Assembly: GCF_000143415.4 (NCBI RefSeq)
Contig: NW_003314277.1
Coordinates: forward strand, 383,183 to 447,182
DNA from: Selaginella moellendorffii
Lineage: Eukaryota > Plantae > Lycopodiophyta
Direction of reading: 5' to 3'
Length of the DNA stretch: 64,000 nt
Below, piece by piece: positions 1-11,494 of the stretch; position 1 is the first letter of the stretch; each line of letters starts with the position of its first letter. The position numbers and the translations under genes are program-made. The notes beneath the pieces were generated by a model. That model was not told where the DNA came from. It saw only the letters and a program-made list of their open reading frames with translations, and made no database searches.

Positions 1-2149
1 TGTGGGGCAACTTAGTAAATATCATTTTTTTATTACACATCCTTTGGAAATATTTTTGTGAGGTTTCAGCCAGCCAATAAACACATAGCACAGCCCAAGC
101 TGGGGGAGGTGTTAGTGACACCTGTTTGTTTGTGCGGCCCAAACTCTCTTTTTACCACAGCTCCTCCCAACTGCAAAATTTTGAGCAGAAGCAAGAGAGT
201 ACCTAATGCCTGATTTTTAATCTTGTATTAAATTTAATATTTTTTCTCCTCCTCATGGATAGTGAATGTATGTATGAAACTAAAATTTAACTTCTGTTTT
301 GTTAAATTTGGTATTAAGTAATTTCCTCTATTCCAAAGGTTAAATCACTTTTGTTAAAGTTTCAAGTTGAGTGTATGTCTCTAGTTGTAAATGCCATTAA
401 AAGCTTTTATTTTATTGTGGCTACTAAAGATATTATATGTTCCTTTCAAAGTTTGGTTTTTTCAATTAATTTCCCCATTTCAAATATTGAGTTGTGTGTA
501 GAGAAGATTGAGTGGTGTAAATCTCTTTTTTATCATGTGATGACTAAAGTATTTTATACTAAGAGATCTTTTATTTTTCAAGCTTTGAACTCATTTTCTT
601 GTTATTATTTCTTCATTTTTTCCTTAAAAATTGAAAATTTCTCTTTTGGTCCTTATTATCCACTTTTTCTTCTTCCATAATATTTTTTTCTCAATTTATC
701 TCACTTTATTAACACTTTAAACTTTTTTTCTTTATAAAAAGGGGTAGAAGGGATGGATGAAAATTCAGACCCAATAATAAAGTAAGGATGAATAAATATA
801 GTAATAGAGTGAGAATGAATAATATAAATTATGGAGTGATGAAGAGCATAACAAGTATAAATTGAAGATAATCTATCCATTTTTGTATAAAAATAGTGAA
901 TCTAAACCTTAATTAATATATTTATTCTCTTTTTCTATCAATCACACACATATATTTGTGTGTATATTATAATATGTATGGAAAAGTAAAAAAAAATTAT
1001 ATTTTATATTTTGATATAAGAAATTATGGTATATATTATTTAAATAGAGATATAACAAGTTATTAATTGTATTGCATTTTTTATGACCCTTGCCTATAAA
1101 TTAATTTACTTGCATCTAAAAAAATTTAATTCTATTTAATTCATTTGTTGAGTTATTTAGAAATGGTCCAAGAATATACTTACTATATGTCACTTTAACC
1201 AAATAAAAAATTATTTTTTTGCTATATCACTTTTTTGTTTTATAACTTTACAACTTGGTAAATGAGAAAACATACATCTATACATTGAAAAACAATGTAT
1301 TAATTATCATAATTATTATATTATTTTGTAACATGAAACTTTGTAATTTTATGTTTCAATAATATATTATAATAACCAAAAATTTATTGTAAACCCCAAC
1401 CTAATTTTGTATACCTTTCTTTAGAAAGTGTTTTTAATTTTTTTAAAACTAAAAATAATATATATTAAAAAACATTTCTAGCTTCACTTTTTTCTCATTA
1501 AAAAATACTTTTATTTATATATGCTTACTTGTGATATTCTACATAAGTTAAATATGGTACTTCAGGTATACTTTATTTGTATTTAATTCAAATATTAGCT
1601 GTTAAAAGTGTTAAGAAATATTTAAGAATATTCATAAGATTAATCAATCTAGAAAGCCTATTTACCTCGCAGATATTATTATCTTGTTATCCTTTCCTTT
1701 AGTGAGCAAAAGTTTCTACTAATTTAAATTTGTAACTATTGAAATGATGTAATTGTTTGAGGTTGTCTATATACTACAATCCACCATTTCATTGACTCCA
1801 TTAAATGTTTGATTAATAATTCTAGTGTTGAAAGATATGTTATAAGAACACTTAAAAATAATAAAGGAAACAAAAAAAGTGCTAGTTTGAAAGTCATAGG
1901 TTGTTTAGCTATTTGAAAGTCATCCCCCTAGGTCTAAATTGTTGAAGGCTATTAATATCTCATTCTGAAATTGAAGTTATCATAAATATCAACACTCACT
2001 TGCCCCTTGGTGCTTGAGAATGCTGAATTGCTTGTTTTCACTACATTTTTAAGTAAGTATTTCTGAGATTTTTGTATTGTTTTGTTTATCTATTCGAATT
2101 TTGTGATAGATTTTAAATTTTATAAAAAGGTATTATTGTTGCTGAATTG

Positions 2150-2330
2150 CTCAACATGTGCCCTTCAAAGTGTGCGTCACCAAAAGCTCCCATTTGGTCT
2201 CAAATTGGTCCATGCAGTAGAGTAGCCAAGAACTAAACTCCCTAAAGTAGTCACCTTGATCTATAAGCAAAGGTGATTTCCGCAGCTGCGGCAACGTTCT
2301 TTGCAGTGAGTGGAATGATGATCGGCCACG
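2150..2330 (-). pseudogene. Heavily deleted relic of the GH3 gene (paralogue of 9470-11265)
   Basis: 'agtcaccttgatctataagcaaaggtgatttc...gcagtgagtggaatgat' (2249-2319) aligns with 10847-10926. 'ttggtctcaaattggtccatgcagtagagtagccaagaa' aligns with 10738-10777. Confidence 0.75.
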
Positions 2331-2416
2331 ATGGATTCGCGCAAATTAAATTATTCGGAGAAGAAACCAAGAGTTTAAACTCATATTGGCGGGGGATTAT
2401 TATTTAGGTTTTCAGC

Positions 2417-4540
2417 ATGTCTAGGGTTCTTGGAGAGGGAGCGATGGCGGAGCTCCCGATCCGGCGCGAATCGGAGTGCATCGTGAGCGCTGTGCGCGAC
2501 AACAGTGTCACGGTCGTGATCGGCGAGACGGGATCGGGTAAGACGACGCAGCTTTCGCAAATCCTCCACGATGCAGGGTTCACAGCCGACGGCAAATGCA
2601 TCGCCATCACGCAGCCCCGGCGCGTGGCGGCCGTGTCCGTCGCTCGGCGCGTCGCTCACGAGATGGGAGTGACGCTGGGCGAGGAAGTGGGATACGCCAT
2701 TCGCTTCGAGAACAGGACGTCGAGCAGGACCTTCATCAAGTATCTCACGGACGGCTGCCTTCTCCGGGAATTCCTAGTCGACATCGAGCTCAGCCAGTAC
2801 TCGGTGGTGATCTTGGACGAAGCCCACGAGAGAACACTCAACACCGACATCCTTCTCGGCTTGCTCAAGCGCCTGGTTGCCTTGAGAAAGCCCGAGCTTA
2901 AGCTGATCGTTACCTCGGCAACTTTAGATGGTCACAAGATCTCCAAGTTCTTCGGTGGCTGCCCCGTTGTCAACATCCCTGGGAAGCTCTTCCCGGTGGA
3001 GATCATGTATAGCACCGAGCAGCCAGTGAGCTACGTGGAGTCGGCGGTGGAGACCGCGATAGAGATCCACGCCAAGGAGCCTCCTGGTGATATCCTCGTG
3101 TTCATGACGGGCCAGGAGGAGATAGAGAAGGTGATAGTTAAGCTGGAGCACAGGGTCCAGACTCTGGAAGAAGGCTCGTGTATGGACGCACTTGTTCTTC
3201 CTCTCCATGCTTCGCTTCCACCGGAGTTTCAGGCCCGGGTTTTCGCCCCGGCTCCTAGCAACTGCCGGAGGATCATCGTTGCTACAAATGTCGCGGAGAC
3301 GTCTCTCACGGTTGACGGTGTTGTCTACGTGATTGATCCAGGCTTCGTGAAGCAGAGACAGTATAATCCCACCACGGGCATGGACGCTTTGTGCGTCGTT
3401 CAGATAAGCAGGGTTCAAGCAACGCAGCGAGCTGGTCGAGCAGGACGGACGTGTCCTGGTAAATGTTACAGGCTCTACTCGAGCTCCAACTTCGAGCAAG
3501 ACTTTCCGGCCGTGACGGTACCGGAGATTCAGAGGTCGTCGCTAGCTGGGGCGCTCCTCCATCTCAAGTCGCTGGAGATTCCAAACCTCGACGTGCTGAA
3601 CTTCGAGTACCTGGATGCCCCGTCGGTGGCATCGCTGGAGGATGCTTTGAGGCAGCTATATCTCATTGACGCAATCACCAGCAAAGGCGACGTTACCAGC
3701 CTTGGCAAGCGGATGGCTGGGCTTCCGCTGGAACCGTCTCTAGCGAGAGCTTTGATTGCTGCGGAGGATCTCGGATGCCTGGAAGACGCTCTAGTACTGG
3801 CTGCGATGCTCTCTTGCGACTCGGTGTTTTACCAAGCTCCAAAGAAGGAGAAGAAAGAACAATCAGCTGTTCACCAGGACTTGCCAACAGGAGACGGTTT
3901 TGGCGATCACATTCAGCTGCTACAGATCTATGAGAAGTGGAGAAGGGTGGATTACGACTTCGAGTGGTGCAAAGAGCACGGTTTGCAGATAAGAGCGATG
4001 AAGTTCGCGAGGGACATACGGAAGCAGCTCAGCCTGATCATGCAAGGGAAAAGTGACTTCAGGAAGCGGAAAGATCCAGCGTACAAGAACTTACGCAAGG
4101 CTTTTGCCGAAGGCTTTGCGAACAGGCTGGCTCATCGGCTTCCCAATCACAACGGGTACCGCACTCTGGCACAAAGCTCTCACCTCGTGCAAGTTCATCC
4201 TTCAGCTTGCAAGATGGAAATTGATGCGGACGGACTGCTACCCGAGTGGATTCTTTACCACGAGTTGCTAACAACGACACGGCCGTATATCAAGAAGATT
4301 TGCGTCATCGACGGTCGCTGGGCTCAACCGACGCTGGTGAAGCTTCAAGACCTGGACGTCATAAGCTTGAGTGGCAGGCTGCCAGAAGAGTCAAGGACGC
4401 ATTTGGACGAATCGTCGGAGACTAAGCCCGCAAGTGCCGTCACTCAACCAGCTAACAAAGAGGCGGTGGACGCTGCTCGAGAACGATATATGGCTCGCAA
4501 AAAGGCCAGGACCAATCCGGCACGGCTTTCAGCCCGCTGA
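2417..4540 (+). CDS. DEAH4: DEAH-box ATP-dependent RNA helicase (DEAH4/DHX40-like), intronless, 707 aa
   Basis: GETGSGKTT, TQPRRVAA, DEAHER, SAT, TNVAETSLT and QRAGRAGR motifs; HA2/OB region; C-terminal DAARERYMARK. Confidence 0.93.
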   Translation: MSRVLGEGAMAELPIRRESECIVSAVRDNSVTVVIGETGSGKTTQLSQILHDAGFTADGKCIAITQPRRVAAVSVARRVAHEMGVTLGEEVGYAIRFENRTSSRTFIKYLTDGCLLREFLVDIELSQYSVVILDEAHERTLNTDILLGLLKRLVALRKPELKLIVTSATLDGHKISKFFGGCPVVNIPGKLFPVEIMYSTEQPVSYVESAVETAIEIHAKEPPGDILVFMTGQEEIEKVIVKLEHRVQTLEEGSCMDALVLPLHASLPPEFQARVFAPAPSNCRRIIVATNVAETSLTVDGVVYVIDPGFVKQRQYNPTTGMDALCVVQISRVQATQRAGRAGRTCPGKCYRLYSSSNFEQDFPAVTVPEIQRSSLAGALLHLKSLEIPNLDVLNFEYLDAPSVASLEDALRQLYLIDAITSKGDVTSLGKRMAGLPLEPSLARALIAAEDLGCLEDALVLAAMLSCDSVFYQAPKKEKKEQSAVHQDLPTGDGFGDHIQLLQIYEKWRRVDYDFEWCKEHGLQIRAMKFARDIRKQLSLIMQGKSDFRKRKDPAYKNLRKAFAEGFANRLAHRLPNHNGYRTLAQSSHLVQVHPSACKMEIDADGLLPEWILYHELLTTTRPYIKKICVIDGRWAQPTLVKLQDLDVISLSGRLPEESRTHLDESSETKPASAVTQPANKEAVDAARERYMARKKARTNPARLSAR

Positions 4541-4649
4541 CGTTTTACGAGGTATGAAGGTGTCTTACTTTTTTACTTCTATGCATGTCTTACAGAAATT
4601 ATGTTCGGTGCTTCTTTCACAGTAAACAAGAAGCAAATATGGTGCTCCT

Positions 4650-5000
4650 ACTCAAGTTCATCCATTCTGATTTTGGCGCTTCCGGATAGCTCGTTTTATT
4701 TTCAAGGTGTGCTTAGTTGTTTCACAGTGGGGTGTTTGAGCTCATTCAATTCACAGTGCTGAGGCTTCGGGGGTCCGGTGTTTGCACCGCAGTGAAGGTA
4801 ATTTATAATCGTGTGCTTTTTGAGGCTCTTGCTGTTGTCAGAAACGCTCTGCCGAGCATTTTTGAGGCCTTGGAGTTGTTTATGAATTTTTCTCCTCTAT
4901 TGTGGCCTTTGAAGCGCTTCCAAAAGGTTGGAATCTCGTGTTTCATTGGTGTCTAATGCTTATTCCTGACAGGAAGCGTTCTCATTCTTTCTTTATGATT
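4650..5000 (+). pseudogene. Deleted relic of the 5' part of the KUP/HAK gene (paralogue of 12604-15364)
   Basis: Collinear matches: 'tccattctgattttggc' with 12506; 'aaggtaatttataatcgtgtgctttttgagg' with 12712; 'ccttggagttgtttatg' with 12810; 'cttccaaaaggttgg...acaggaagcgttctcattct' with 13406-13496. Confidence 0.8.
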
Positions 5001-8000
5001 ATCTCGTCTGGAATCAAATAACAATATACATAGCACCAACACCACCACCTTGTCATTTTTGAGGAGCCATAAAACCACAATGCAACTGGAAAATCAATGT
5101 CATCATCATGGAAAGGCAGGCTTTCCTCGCGAAAGGCTTAACTTGAAAAATTAATGAACGAAAACCTCCAATAGTGCCAATCGAAAACCAGCCTCACGTT
5201 GCCTTCTTTTTGAGCTGCCATGTTTGTGGTGTGCTTCTCGGTTGATCTAGTGAGTTGCATTGATGGCGAAGTCAGACTGCCGTACACTTTCAGCTTTGAA
5301 AGGCAGTGATTGTGTGATTGTGATTGTGTGCCTCTCTGTGTGTGTGTGCATCTCCAGAACTTCCAGAAAGAACATGGAATGAAAAGCTTAACATCTAGAA
5401 AGCACCTAAAATAGTCGTATAAAAGGTTCATTATACTCTAATCTTATTGTACGCCTTTGGAGAATTCTACACAAATGTTCAACATTTCCAAGAGAAGGAT
5501 GAAGATTCCCACAGGGGAAACTCTAGGCTGTAATCTCTACAACAAAAACGGAGGGAGTGTGTCTAGTAAGTGGTGCAAACAACACTCTACTCATATCTCC
5601 AGCAAGAATAAGTTGAAAGGTTCCTTATCATGAGTATGTAAAGTTCTTTACCCCGTCATGAAATTTCATGATCTGGATTCAAAACCATGTGATAATGATT
5701 GCTCCCCATGCAACTGATTGCATGGAAATGCATGGTTACATATGCTAAATCATACATAAGCCTTGGAGCTCCAAGAAAAGATTATGCATCGGGCAATTGC
5801 AGATTCCAACTCCAGGTACGGACCAACTAAAGGATGGTGGAAACAACTGCAAGAATGGACAATAAGCCTCAAACTGGAGTTAAAAGTCTGATCATATCCT
5901 GACATAGATAAATGGTTGTAGCCTTGCTCAACATCAAAGCCACTGTAAAAACTAGTGCACCTGAATCACAATTCTCCCTAGAGCACTTCATTTGGCTACG
6001 CATATACTATTGTAAATTGCTGGACATGTGAAGTGCACATACACGTGTCCACCTGTCCAGTTCTATTGGCTGGAAAGCTTATGGTCCATTTTCCATGGTT
6101 ATCGGTCAAGGATCCATTCACCATTTCTTAAAGTCAATTCTGGTCTTTCGAGTATTTCAATGAGATTGACATTGCTTTTGTGCTGTTCCAGGAGAAGGGA
6201 GATCTTGATCATGAGCTGCTATCATCTAGTGCACAAGCTTCAAAATCCAATAGCAATAAGGCAGCTCCTGGTAAATCAATCTCAAATTTTTGTGTAGTCT
6301 ACCATACAGTCTCGCTGCAAAACCGTGTACATGGGATCAGTAAGAACTTAAAGGGCGAGAGGTGAGAAAGCAGGGTTCTTTAAGATCATGGCAAGTTTCT
6401 AAGATCTTGGAGTTCCTCCCAGGTTGCTTTGCTGCTGGACTGCACGTCCTGGTGTGGAGCTGGCCCAGGAGGGGGACCCCCCTGCCATAAAAGGCGCTCT
6501 TGAGGCTGGAAAGCCGGTGGGAGAATTTAATCCGTATCTTAAGCAAGAACACTATCTCTGTTAAATTCTTGGTGCGAACTGACGGCTGCGTTGATGTGGG
6601 AGTTTTGTTCGATTAAACGTTCCTTTGCTTGCTTTGATCCAGATTGGTTCCAACTACCCAGACTGTTCCTGGCTACTTGCAGAGTCCGAAAGTGGGGGAC
6701 TGTGCTGTGGAGAGTTTGCAAGAAACTTTGTGGCACTCAATTATATGTCCAAGTTTGATTGATGCCACCTGGATTTTATTTTATCAGATCTTCCATAAAA
6801 ATCATCTGTAAAGATGAGAATGCTTGCAAACACCAACAATAATGCAAGAAGCATGACTAATGGCCACTATTTGGTAGTATATGCTAACCAATGGATGGAT
6901 GAATTTCTATGTAAGCCAGAATATTTATTTTATGCTACTTTTCTAGACATGTGGTTTGTTGCAACTTTTGCATCTAATATTAACCCAAGAAAAGAAGTTG
7001 CACTTTTCAAGTGGATACAGTAAATAAAATATTCACAGCCGGGGTCCTTTGAATGCAAGACTACAAATTGTATTTCATGACTGCCATATACATACAGATT
7101 GCCGAGGCTTGCTCAAGCTTGTTTTTGCCACCGTGATTTGGGGACATGGTAATGATGACTTCTGCAAAGATTTTGATCTACATTGAGATGTCCATGACAC
7201 CAAAAACCCTATAAATACAAGACGTGCTAAGTCATCTTTTTTCTACAATCTTACTTGCAAGAAAGCCTGATACTCACAAAAAGGCTCACATGGAGCCTCC
7301 ACCTGGTAAAGACCATCATGAGGCACTATTACCTCCTCATGTTGTGAGCTTGTTGCTTGGAGTGTCCTCCTGGTGGAAACTGTCACATAACACCTCCACC
7401 TCTACTATATTATGAGGAGTGTCCACCTTGCTATCCTCCTTGCTACATGGAGCCATTACCTTGCTGCTAAGGAGAACTTCCATTGGAGCCTTGTCCTTTA
7501 CCTCATGTGGAAAGCTTGAAGTGAAGACCTCAATATTCCACTTTCATGTGTCAAATTTAGATGTCATTAAGAGGATCCTCCAATTCCTCATGTAGAGGGT
7601 CTAGTGTAGCCTTATTGTGTGAAGCTTCATTTGTGAGCTTCACTTGATGAAGAGGCTCCTCCTCCATAAGGTCGCTTGGAGCCTTTTCCACCACCATCAC
7701 TTCACATTTGTCCTAGGACACTCCTCCTTTACTATCTTATTTTTATCTATGACATTGTGTTTGACTACCATCTCACATTTGTCTATAACTTCACACCACA
7801 CAAATGTAAAATTGCACCCCAGGATCCTTAATAGTGCCCTTGGAAAGAGAAAAAAACTGAAAACAAGTAAAGGATATCTAATATTATTCATTATATGTTG
7901 TATACATCCGTAATGACATAAACATTGACTAGTGCATCAGGATCTAGCATATGATCTCTATGGCAGTAGGATCCTCCACTGCCACTCCCTTTTCACGTTC

Positions 8001-8294
8001 ATCTTCCATCTGTGCTGCAAACTCTATTTCACTTTCACCCACGGAAAATTTTCATTGCACACAATTATGTTTAGATTGCTCTTATAACAATAAAAACATA
8101 ATTATATGCATAATAATTTTGTGTGCATTTGAAAACAAAAGAATTTATGTGTAATAAAAGATGCAATCAATATTGGTATATATTGCACATATTGCAGAAG
8201 ATAATATTCTAAAAGGTTTAAATTCTTTTCTAGTTAAATTCTTTTCAAAATAGTACAAAATATCCTTTTTATAATAACAAAGAAGAAAATAACA

Positions 8295-8303
8295 CTATAA
8301 ATA
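8295..8303 (+). promoter_or_regulatory. Putative TATA box of the lectin gene
   Basis: ctataaata about 25 nt upstream of ATG 8325; weak because the context is AT-rich. Confidence 0.35.
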
Positions 8304-8324
8304 TAGCATATAAGAAAAACAATT

Positions 8325-9230
8325 ATGGCTTTAAGTATTATATTTTTGTTTTTCTTCTTTTTTAAATTTGTTTATGCAGCTGAAATTGGTTTTATACCTG
8401 GAGATACACATCTTGTACTTGCAAATACTACAGAGAGAATTATTTCATTTTTACTCTTAATGGTAAATAGAGCAATTCCACCTAGTACTACTATGCCATT
8501 AGGCCAAGGCATATTTGGTACTATTATTATTGAAGATGATATATATGGTAATATAACTGTTATTATGCAGATATGGCTTTTTAGTGTTGAAAGAGGGAAC
8601 GGCTATAGATATTGTTCTACAAACCCTTCTGGTGAAGATAGAAACACTACTATAGTAAGGCATGAATTAGTTAATTTAATAATACAAAATCATTCCACTC
8701 TTGTAAATCTTGGATCTAGATTTATTGCTTTGACATCAGGAATATATGGTATTTATTACATAATTAGGAATATACCACCTGATGGAGGATCTAGACAAAT
8801 TTTATCATTTAAAGCTATTGGTTCAAACCATTGTCAAATTTATTCAGATAAATTATTTAGTTCTACTATTTATAATGTTCTATTACCATATCATTTTATA
8901 ATCTCTCAAAATAGAAAAGCATACCTTTATTTACATCCTAACTGTAAATTAGAGCTTTATATATATAATGAGGTAAAGTGGTCTGTATTAAAAAATAATA
9001 AAAATTGTTATCTTATTTTACAATCTGATGGAAATTTAGTTTTTTATTCTGAAGATAAAAAAGCTTTATGGTCACCAAATAAATATTGTAATTCCCAACC
9101 TAATTGTGTAATGAATACCTATCTTTCCTTACAAAGTGATTGCAACTTAGTTTTATATAAAAATGTTCAAGTTAGATTTTCTAAAGTTATAAATGTTAAT
9201 CCTATTTGGGCAACTAATACTTTTTGTTAG
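8325..9230 (+). CDS. Secreted protein: signal peptide, unknown ~160-aa domain and C-terminal bulb-type (GNA) mannose-binding lectin domain; intronless, very AT-rich
   Basis: Hydrophobic N-terminus ending VYAA; two canonical QxDxNxVxY motifs (QSDGNLVFY, QSDCNLVLY), one degenerate (HPNCKLELY) and a terminal IWATNT; 301-codon ORF in AT-rich DNA. Confidence 0.85.
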   Translation: MALSIIFLFFFFFKFVYAAEIGFIPGDTHLVLANTTERIISFLLLMVNRAIPPSTTMPLGQGIFGTIIIEDDIYGNITVIMQIWLFSVERGNGYRYCSTNPSGEDRNTTIVRHELVNLIIQNHSTLVNLGSRFIALTSGIYGIYYIIRNIPPDGGSRQILSFKAIGSNHCQIYSDKLFSSTIYNVLLPYHFIISQNRKAYLYLHPNCKLELYIYNEVKWSVLKNNKNCYLILQSDGNLVFYSEDKKALWSPNKYCNSQPNCVMNTYLSLQSDCNLVLYKNVQVRFSKVINVNPIWATNTFC

Positions 9231-9469
9231 TACTTAAATTATTTAATAGTTCTATTCACACTGATACTTACCTTTCTTTCATTTAATTTTTCTATAGATA
9301 TTTATAGATTTCTAGATATTTTAAATGATGTTGAAGTTTTAATTATACTGTTGATGACATTTGTGTTTTTTTACATTTAATACTAATAGTACTGAAATAG
9401 TTAGTATGACTGATATTAACTAACATTTTCACGAGGGCTCCAGACACTTCTATAGTTGTTAATGCCTCG

Positions 9470-11265
9470 AGAGTTTAGAAGTTCTAACATCTTGGGAGCA
9501 CAAAGTTCTAACATCTTGGGAGAAATAGCACACCTTGGTGTTTTATATTGGCCTGGATTCGCTCCCATTTTCACAGCTTCTTACGTGATTTCTCAAACGT
9601 TCCTTGCTTCACAATCACCTCCAGTCAATCAATGACTCCATCAATCCTCTTACCCACATCTACTTCATTGAGAGACATGTCAATGACTGAGGAGCACCTC
9701 TCTAGAATTTCTTTCTTTTTGGAATGATGTGGCGGGAGAGCTGATAAGTTGCCATAGCTCGTGAAGTTTGTCACCTCAACGCCCGCTTCCCACGAAACCT
9801 TGCTCACCACGTTTTGAAGCTCTTGCTCATCTTGAAACCGTCTCATTGTGAACGCTCAGTACTGCCTTCCTGCGATAGCTAAAAGCCAGACGAGGAACTT
9901 CATGAAAAAAGCTATCGACTTTTACCACGTCCCCGATTCTATATCGATACAAGCCTGTGAAAGTCGTCTCTCAGAATCACTTTGATATAAAAAGTAAAAA
10001 ACAAAGATTAACCTGCGAAGTTTGTGATGACCACCTCGTACTGCTCTCCAACTTGGACTTCATGCAAACCAAGTATATTATCACATGAAGTCGAATCCAC
10101 AGGGAGAAACTCGTAGTAGAGTGCTGTTGGCACCATTGTATAGACAACACGCTCCGGATGGCATCGAGGATCAGCATTGATCCCAAGCGCTCCCTCAGAC
10201 GAGAAGTAGTCCAGTCCAACTATCGGAACTTGGTCTCCAACATAATCTCTCAAAGATGGAACGTAGAGTTTCATCGACCCCGTCACCACAGTCGACACGA
10301 ACTTTGCCCTGGGAAACAGCAGCGGCACAATTCCAGACCACGAATCCCTGCTGCAAATCTCGGAGATAACCTCGGCCTCAACAGGGTCGCCACCTTTGAT
10401 GCCATCGAAAACTGGAGAAGCTAGGAATGCCTGCCTGAGATTTGGGCTTGTCACCTTCCCCTCGCACAAGCTCCCAGCTCGTATGTCGCTGCAAATCTCT
10501 CTCCACTCGGCCCGGAGCATCCGGATTGCCTCGCAGATGGTGTAGGAGAAGATGGAGATGATCTGCTCCACTTTGCCTCTTTGGAGCAGAGCACACAGCC
10601 AGTGGCAGTACGTGAGCTCCCGCCAGTCGCTTCCAGCGACAAGAACCTCGTACGGAGTCGTGTACTTGCTCGACGTGGCCTTGAATCGCTCGCCCTTCAA
10701 GGCGTATGTACTTGCGGCAGACACCAGAAGCCCGGACTTGGTCTCGACTTGATCCATGCAGTAGAAGAAGCCAAGAATTATGCCATTGTCGGATGGAAAA
10801 CACCTAAAGGGAAAGTAACAAGCACTGAGAGATCCAGCCAATCGTCAGTCACCTTGTTCTGTAAGCATTGGCGATTTCGGAAGCTCTGCCCGATGCAGCA
10901 GCATTCTCCGCAGTGAGTGGAATGATCTTACCGTTGGCAGAAGNNNNNNNNNNNNNNNNNNNNNNNNNNNNNNNNNNNNNNNNNNNNNNNNNNNNNNNNN
11001 NNNNNNNNNNNNNNNNNNNNNNNNNNNNNNNNNNNNNNNNNNNNNNNNNNNNNNNNNNNNNNNNNNNNNNNNNNNNNNNNNNNNNNACGTCCTCGTAGGA
11101 GATAATTGGGACTTGGGCCTTGAATGCGGCCAGGGTTTGAGGGCTCCCGTACCTCTGGAGGTAATGGCAGCTTGAGTTGTCGTCGAGGATGCGGCCAAGG
11201 ACTCGCTCTTGATTCGAGCTTGCATCCTGGCAGGATTGCTCGAAGTCGGCAATGACAGCGGCCAT
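9470..11265 (-). pseudogene. GH3: GH3 acyl-acid amido synthetase with intact-looking 5' exons and a disrupted last exon; spans an assembly gap
   Basis: PIISYED, VVTGSMKLY, YFSSEG and EVVITNFAG|LYRYRIGDVVKV motifs. Apparent +4 frameshift near 9835, loss of the YVIFWEL segment, stop at 9625, and QYKTPRC in another frame near 9530-9550. Confidence 0.8.
10944..11086. other. Assembly gap (N run)
   Basis: 143 N. Confidence 0.99.
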
Positions 11266-11367
11266 TAGAAACAAACTCGGGCATACATTCTAGTTGCAAA
11301 CTCGTGGTGAGGAAGATGGATGAACTGTGCTTGTTTATAATAATAAGAGAACCGCATTGTGTAGTAA

Positions 11368-11449
11368 GTCGCTTTGGCTGAGTGGTTAAGGCGTGTGCCT
11401 GCTAAGTACATGGGCTCTGCCCGCGAGAGTTCGAATCTCTCAGGCGACG
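11368..11449 (+). tRNA. trnS-GCT: tRNA-Ser(GCT)
   Basis: GTCGCTT/AGGCGAC acceptor stem, TGGTTAAG D-loop, CTGCTAA anticodon loop, long variable arm, GTTCGAATC T-loop; TTTT at 11461. Confidence 0.96.
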
Positions 11450-11494
11450 ATCTTACCGAGTTTTAGGCGGGAAAATCTAATCTACGTTTTAAGC

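Noticed and set aside
1-2140. AT-rich blocks (also 19700-21100, 43500-44990, 50000-51800) as transposons
   Set aside because: I found no TIRs, LTRs, target-site duplications or transposase motifs by eye; left unannotated.
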